From positions 1,926 through 65,925 of the forward strand of contig CANJXJ010000002.1 of the NCBI GenBank assembly GCA_947478955.1: DNA of 64,000 nucleotides. Reading direction: 5' to 3'. The translations under genes were made by a program, and so were the position numbers. The number at the start of each line of letters is the position of its first letter. Within the stretch, counting starts at the first letter, position 1. Under the pieces are notes generated by a model. It searched no databases and was not told the DNA's origin. It saw only the letters and a list, made by a program, of their open reading frames with translations. The DNA comes from Alphaproteobacteria bacterium (GTDB lineage Bacteria; Pseudomonadota; Alphaproteobacteria; Paracaedibacterales; CAITNM01). Of this stretch, positions 61,832 through 64,000 are shown in pieces.

Positions 61832-62583
61832 TTATTTACTCCTAGCTTCTTTTCTAATTTTTGCTGACGCTGGAAAATCATACTACGAATCGTAACATAA
61901 GGATCAGTAGATGTCTCGTAGATGTCATCCAGGCTGTCAAGCAATCCAGCCCGTATATTAATAATATCCAGAGCAGTAACGCCCCAAAGCCAATGTTTAA
62001 ATTGGTGATGGCTGTTATGATGGCTTTTGGAGTGATATGCAAAATATTTAAAGGGATCTGCAAACCAATCAAATCCATAACCAAACATTCCACGAAATGT
62101 TGTTGGTCCTAAAACGGGGAGCATAATGTAAGGCCCGGCTTCAACGCCCCAGGTGGTGAGGGTTTCATTGAAGCTGGTTGGTTCTTCTTTTATGCCGATG
62201 AAGTCTGCAAAATCGATTAGTCCAAAGAAGCCTAAGGTGGTATTTAAAATAAACCGAACGGTGGTAGTGGTAGCTTTTTCAATTCTGCCTTGAAGGGTGT
62301 AATTTACCAAATTAAGTGGACCATAGATGTTTTTGATAAAACTTCGGGTGCAATACTTGAAATTTTCTGGCGTGCCTAATTCATAAGCAATGGCAGCTGG
62401 TTTGATAATTGCTGCATCCAAAATACGGTTGAAGCCAAACATATAGCGGTTAAACAGTTCCAATGGATCAGGTTCATGAAGGGAGAACTCATCATCATCT
62501 GCATGTTCTGATTTTGTATTATTCGTTGTGGAGCAGCCACATAATATAAATAATACTAGAAAAATCCAGCCCCAGACCCTCAT
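61828..62583 (-). CDS. mlaA: MlaA/VacJ-family outer-membrane lipoprotein
   Basis: I chose the ATG at 62583 because it gives MRVWGWIFLVLFILCGC with a lipobox. DPLELFNRYMFGFNRILD and GPYIMLPVLGPTTFR are present. Confidence 0.85.
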   Translation of the reverse strand: MRVWGWIFLVLFILCGCSTTNNTKSEHADDDEFSLHEPDPLELFNRYMFGFNRILDAAIIKPAAIAYELGTPENFKYCTRSFIKNIYGPLNLVNYTLQGRIEKATTTTVRFILNTTLGFFGLIDFADFIGIKEEPTSFNETLTTWGVEAGPYIMLPVLGPTTFRGMFGYGFDWFADPFKYFAYHSKSHHNSHHQFKHWLWGVTALDIINIRAGLLDSLDDIYETSTDPYVTIRSMIFQRQQKLEKKLGVNK

Positions 62584-62689
62584 ACAACTCTTACTTGCTT
62601 TAATCCTTAAAAGTTTAACAAAATTTAAGGTATAACCCAAGATACATAGCGAATAAAATCATGCTAAATTTAAAGATTAGGGGGAGCAC

Positions 62690-63829
62690 ATGGATATTTC
62701 TAACTTTGACAAACGCGCAATGCTTGTATTACAAACTCTTCAACAGGCTGGGTTTGATAGCTGGTTTGTTGGTGGATGTGTGCGTGATGCCTTACTTGGC
62801 AAACCATTCATAGATTATGATATAGCAACCAGTACCTCTCCGATTGATGTTGTCTCCCTTTTTAAAGAAGAGTTTGAGCTTGATTTAATTGGTGAGCAAT
62901 TTGGTTGTGTGCGCGTTAACCATGCTGGGTTGTGGCTTGAAGTTACGACTCTTCGTAAAGATGTTAAGCCTGATGGTAGGCATACGAGCGTTGCATTTAC
63001 AACGGATGTGGCAGAAGATGCAAAGCGTCGGGATTTCACCATCAATGCGTTGTATTGGAATGAAGCTAAAATTGCTGATTTTTTTAATGGCCAGGGTGAC
63101 CTTAACCACCATATTGTACAGTTTATTGGGAACCCTAATGATCGAGTGCAAGAAGACTATTTACGCATATTACGATTTTTTCGCTTTTCAAGCATTTACG
63201 CAAAAGACCTAAATCAAGACGGTCTTCAGGCATGTATAACCTATCAAGAGGGATTACGGTATTTATCTGGGAATCGGGTGTGGCATGAATGGTCAAAAAT
63301 GGTATTTGGGCCCAACGCATTAAAGGTTTTACAAGCCATTGAAGCGTCAGATATTGATGTAACACTATTTGGGGGCAAGCTTGATATACAAATTTATGCC
63401 ACTTATAAGGGTAGGGATGCCCTTTTACTAACCAAGATTTTATTGCCATCTGTGCACGTGGAACATTTGGCACACCGGTTGAATCTTACAACAGCTCAAA
63501 AAGAGTGGTTGGAGGCTGCAGTTTCGCTTGGCCCTAATGATGATTTTCGAAACCTATATTTGCGTTATGGCCAACAAGCTAAAGAGCTTGTGCACTACTG
63601 GGCATGTAAATATATGAAAAGCTCTGACGAAATTTTAGCTGAAAGCTTTTGGGATATTCAAAACCCTGTTTTCCCGTTATCTGGGAAAGATATTTTAAAA
63701 CTTGGTTGCCAACCTGGACCAATTGTTGGAGACTATTTGCAATGCGCTCAAACGTGGTGGGTGCAACATAACTTTGGCCCGAATTATCAGGACTGTTTAC
63801 GGTATGTCGAATCCTTATTTAACAAATGA
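62690..63829 (+). CDS. cca: CCA-adding tRNA nucleotidyltransferase (poly(A) polymerase family)
   Basis: Motifs are FVGGCVRDALLGKPFIDYDIAT, RRDFTINALY and EDYLRILRFFRF. Confidence 0.9.
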   Translation: MDISNFDKRAMLVLQTLQQAGFDSWFVGGCVRDALLGKPFIDYDIATSTSPIDVVSLFKEEFELDLIGEQFGCVRVNHAGLWLEVTTLRKDVKPDGRHTSVAFTTDVAEDAKRRDFTINALYWNEAKIADFFNGQGDLNHHIVQFIGNPNDRVQEDYLRILRFFRFSSIYAKDLNQDGLQACITYQEGLRYLSGNRVWHEWSKMVFGPNALKVLQAIEASDIDVTLFGGKLDIQIYATYKGRDALLLTKILLPSVHVEHLAHRLNLTTAQKEWLEAAVSLGPNDDFRNLYLRYGQQAKELVHYWACKYMKSSDEILAESFWDIQNPVFPLSGKDILKLGCQPGPIVGDYLQCAQTWWVQHNFGPNYQDCLRYVESLFNK

Positions 63830-64000
63830 ATCAAAATTATTATATGCAAAAACCTTACATGATATAGCAGCTCCTTTGGGGGCTTTAACTTTATGTGTGG
63901 ACGATATTAAAAAAGCATTGCCTGAATCCGCAGGTTTAATTGAAGCCAGTATCGAAACCTTAGCGCAGCGAATTAGCTATTGGCGCCTGATGGTGACTGG
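63804..64000 (+). CDS. chpT: Histidine phosphotransferase ChpT-like protein, N-terminal fragment that runs off the window
   Basis: The frame is open from the ATG at 63804 to the window end. MSNPYLTNESKLLYAKTLHDIAAPLGALTLCVDDIKKALPESAGLIEASIETLAQRISYWRLMV carries the (L)xHDxxxPxGA phospho-His region typical of ChpT. It overlaps the cca 3' end by 26 nt. Confidence 0.45.
   Translation, partial: MSNPYLTNESKLLYAKTLHDIAAPLGALTLCVDDIKKALPESAGLIEASIETLAQRISYWRLMVT

Overview
This looks like a chromosomal segment of an AT-rich alphaproteobacterium. The alpha-specific markers are a circularly permuted two-piece tmRNA gene, mipZ, Tim44-like, NDUFA12-like and DUF3576 proteins, and a ChpT-like fragment. 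The lineage-specific exported ORFs and small palindromic repeats suggest a Holosporales/Rickettsiales-like intracellular symbiont, but that is inference only, since I could not search any database. About 50 of the roughly 65 genes are ordinary housekeeping genes: cell division (ftsZ, ftsK, mipZ), scattered flagellar genes (fliD, fliS, flhF), peptidoglycan recycling (ampG, anmK, a lytic transglycosylase), folD, galU, hemC, valS, lipA, pfk, nadK, recR, dnaQ and cca, plus tRNA-Ser(UGA) and tRNA-Phe(GAA). I saw no transposase, integrase, CRISPR array or rRNA. The unusual content is a set of lineage-specific ORFs with Sec-type leaders and extreme low-complexity, block-charged sequence. My lead candidate is a three-gene tandem cluster at 31.1-33.1 kb encoding a polyanionic peptide and two proteins with an acidic N-terminal block and a basic C-terminal block. 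Related oddities are a basic/His-Met/acidic protein at 24.9 kb and a 1068-aa P/M/G/Q-rich protein at 39-42 kb. Other points worth a second look are a leader-bearing ClpX-like AAA+ protein with a duplicated novel N-domain, an extended UmuD-like S24 peptidase next to a compositionally distinct 959-aa ORF, a cNMP-domain permease translationally coupled to two binding proteins, ssrA abutting sspB, and a CofE-like ligase beside folD. All family calls rest on motifs I recognised by eye.
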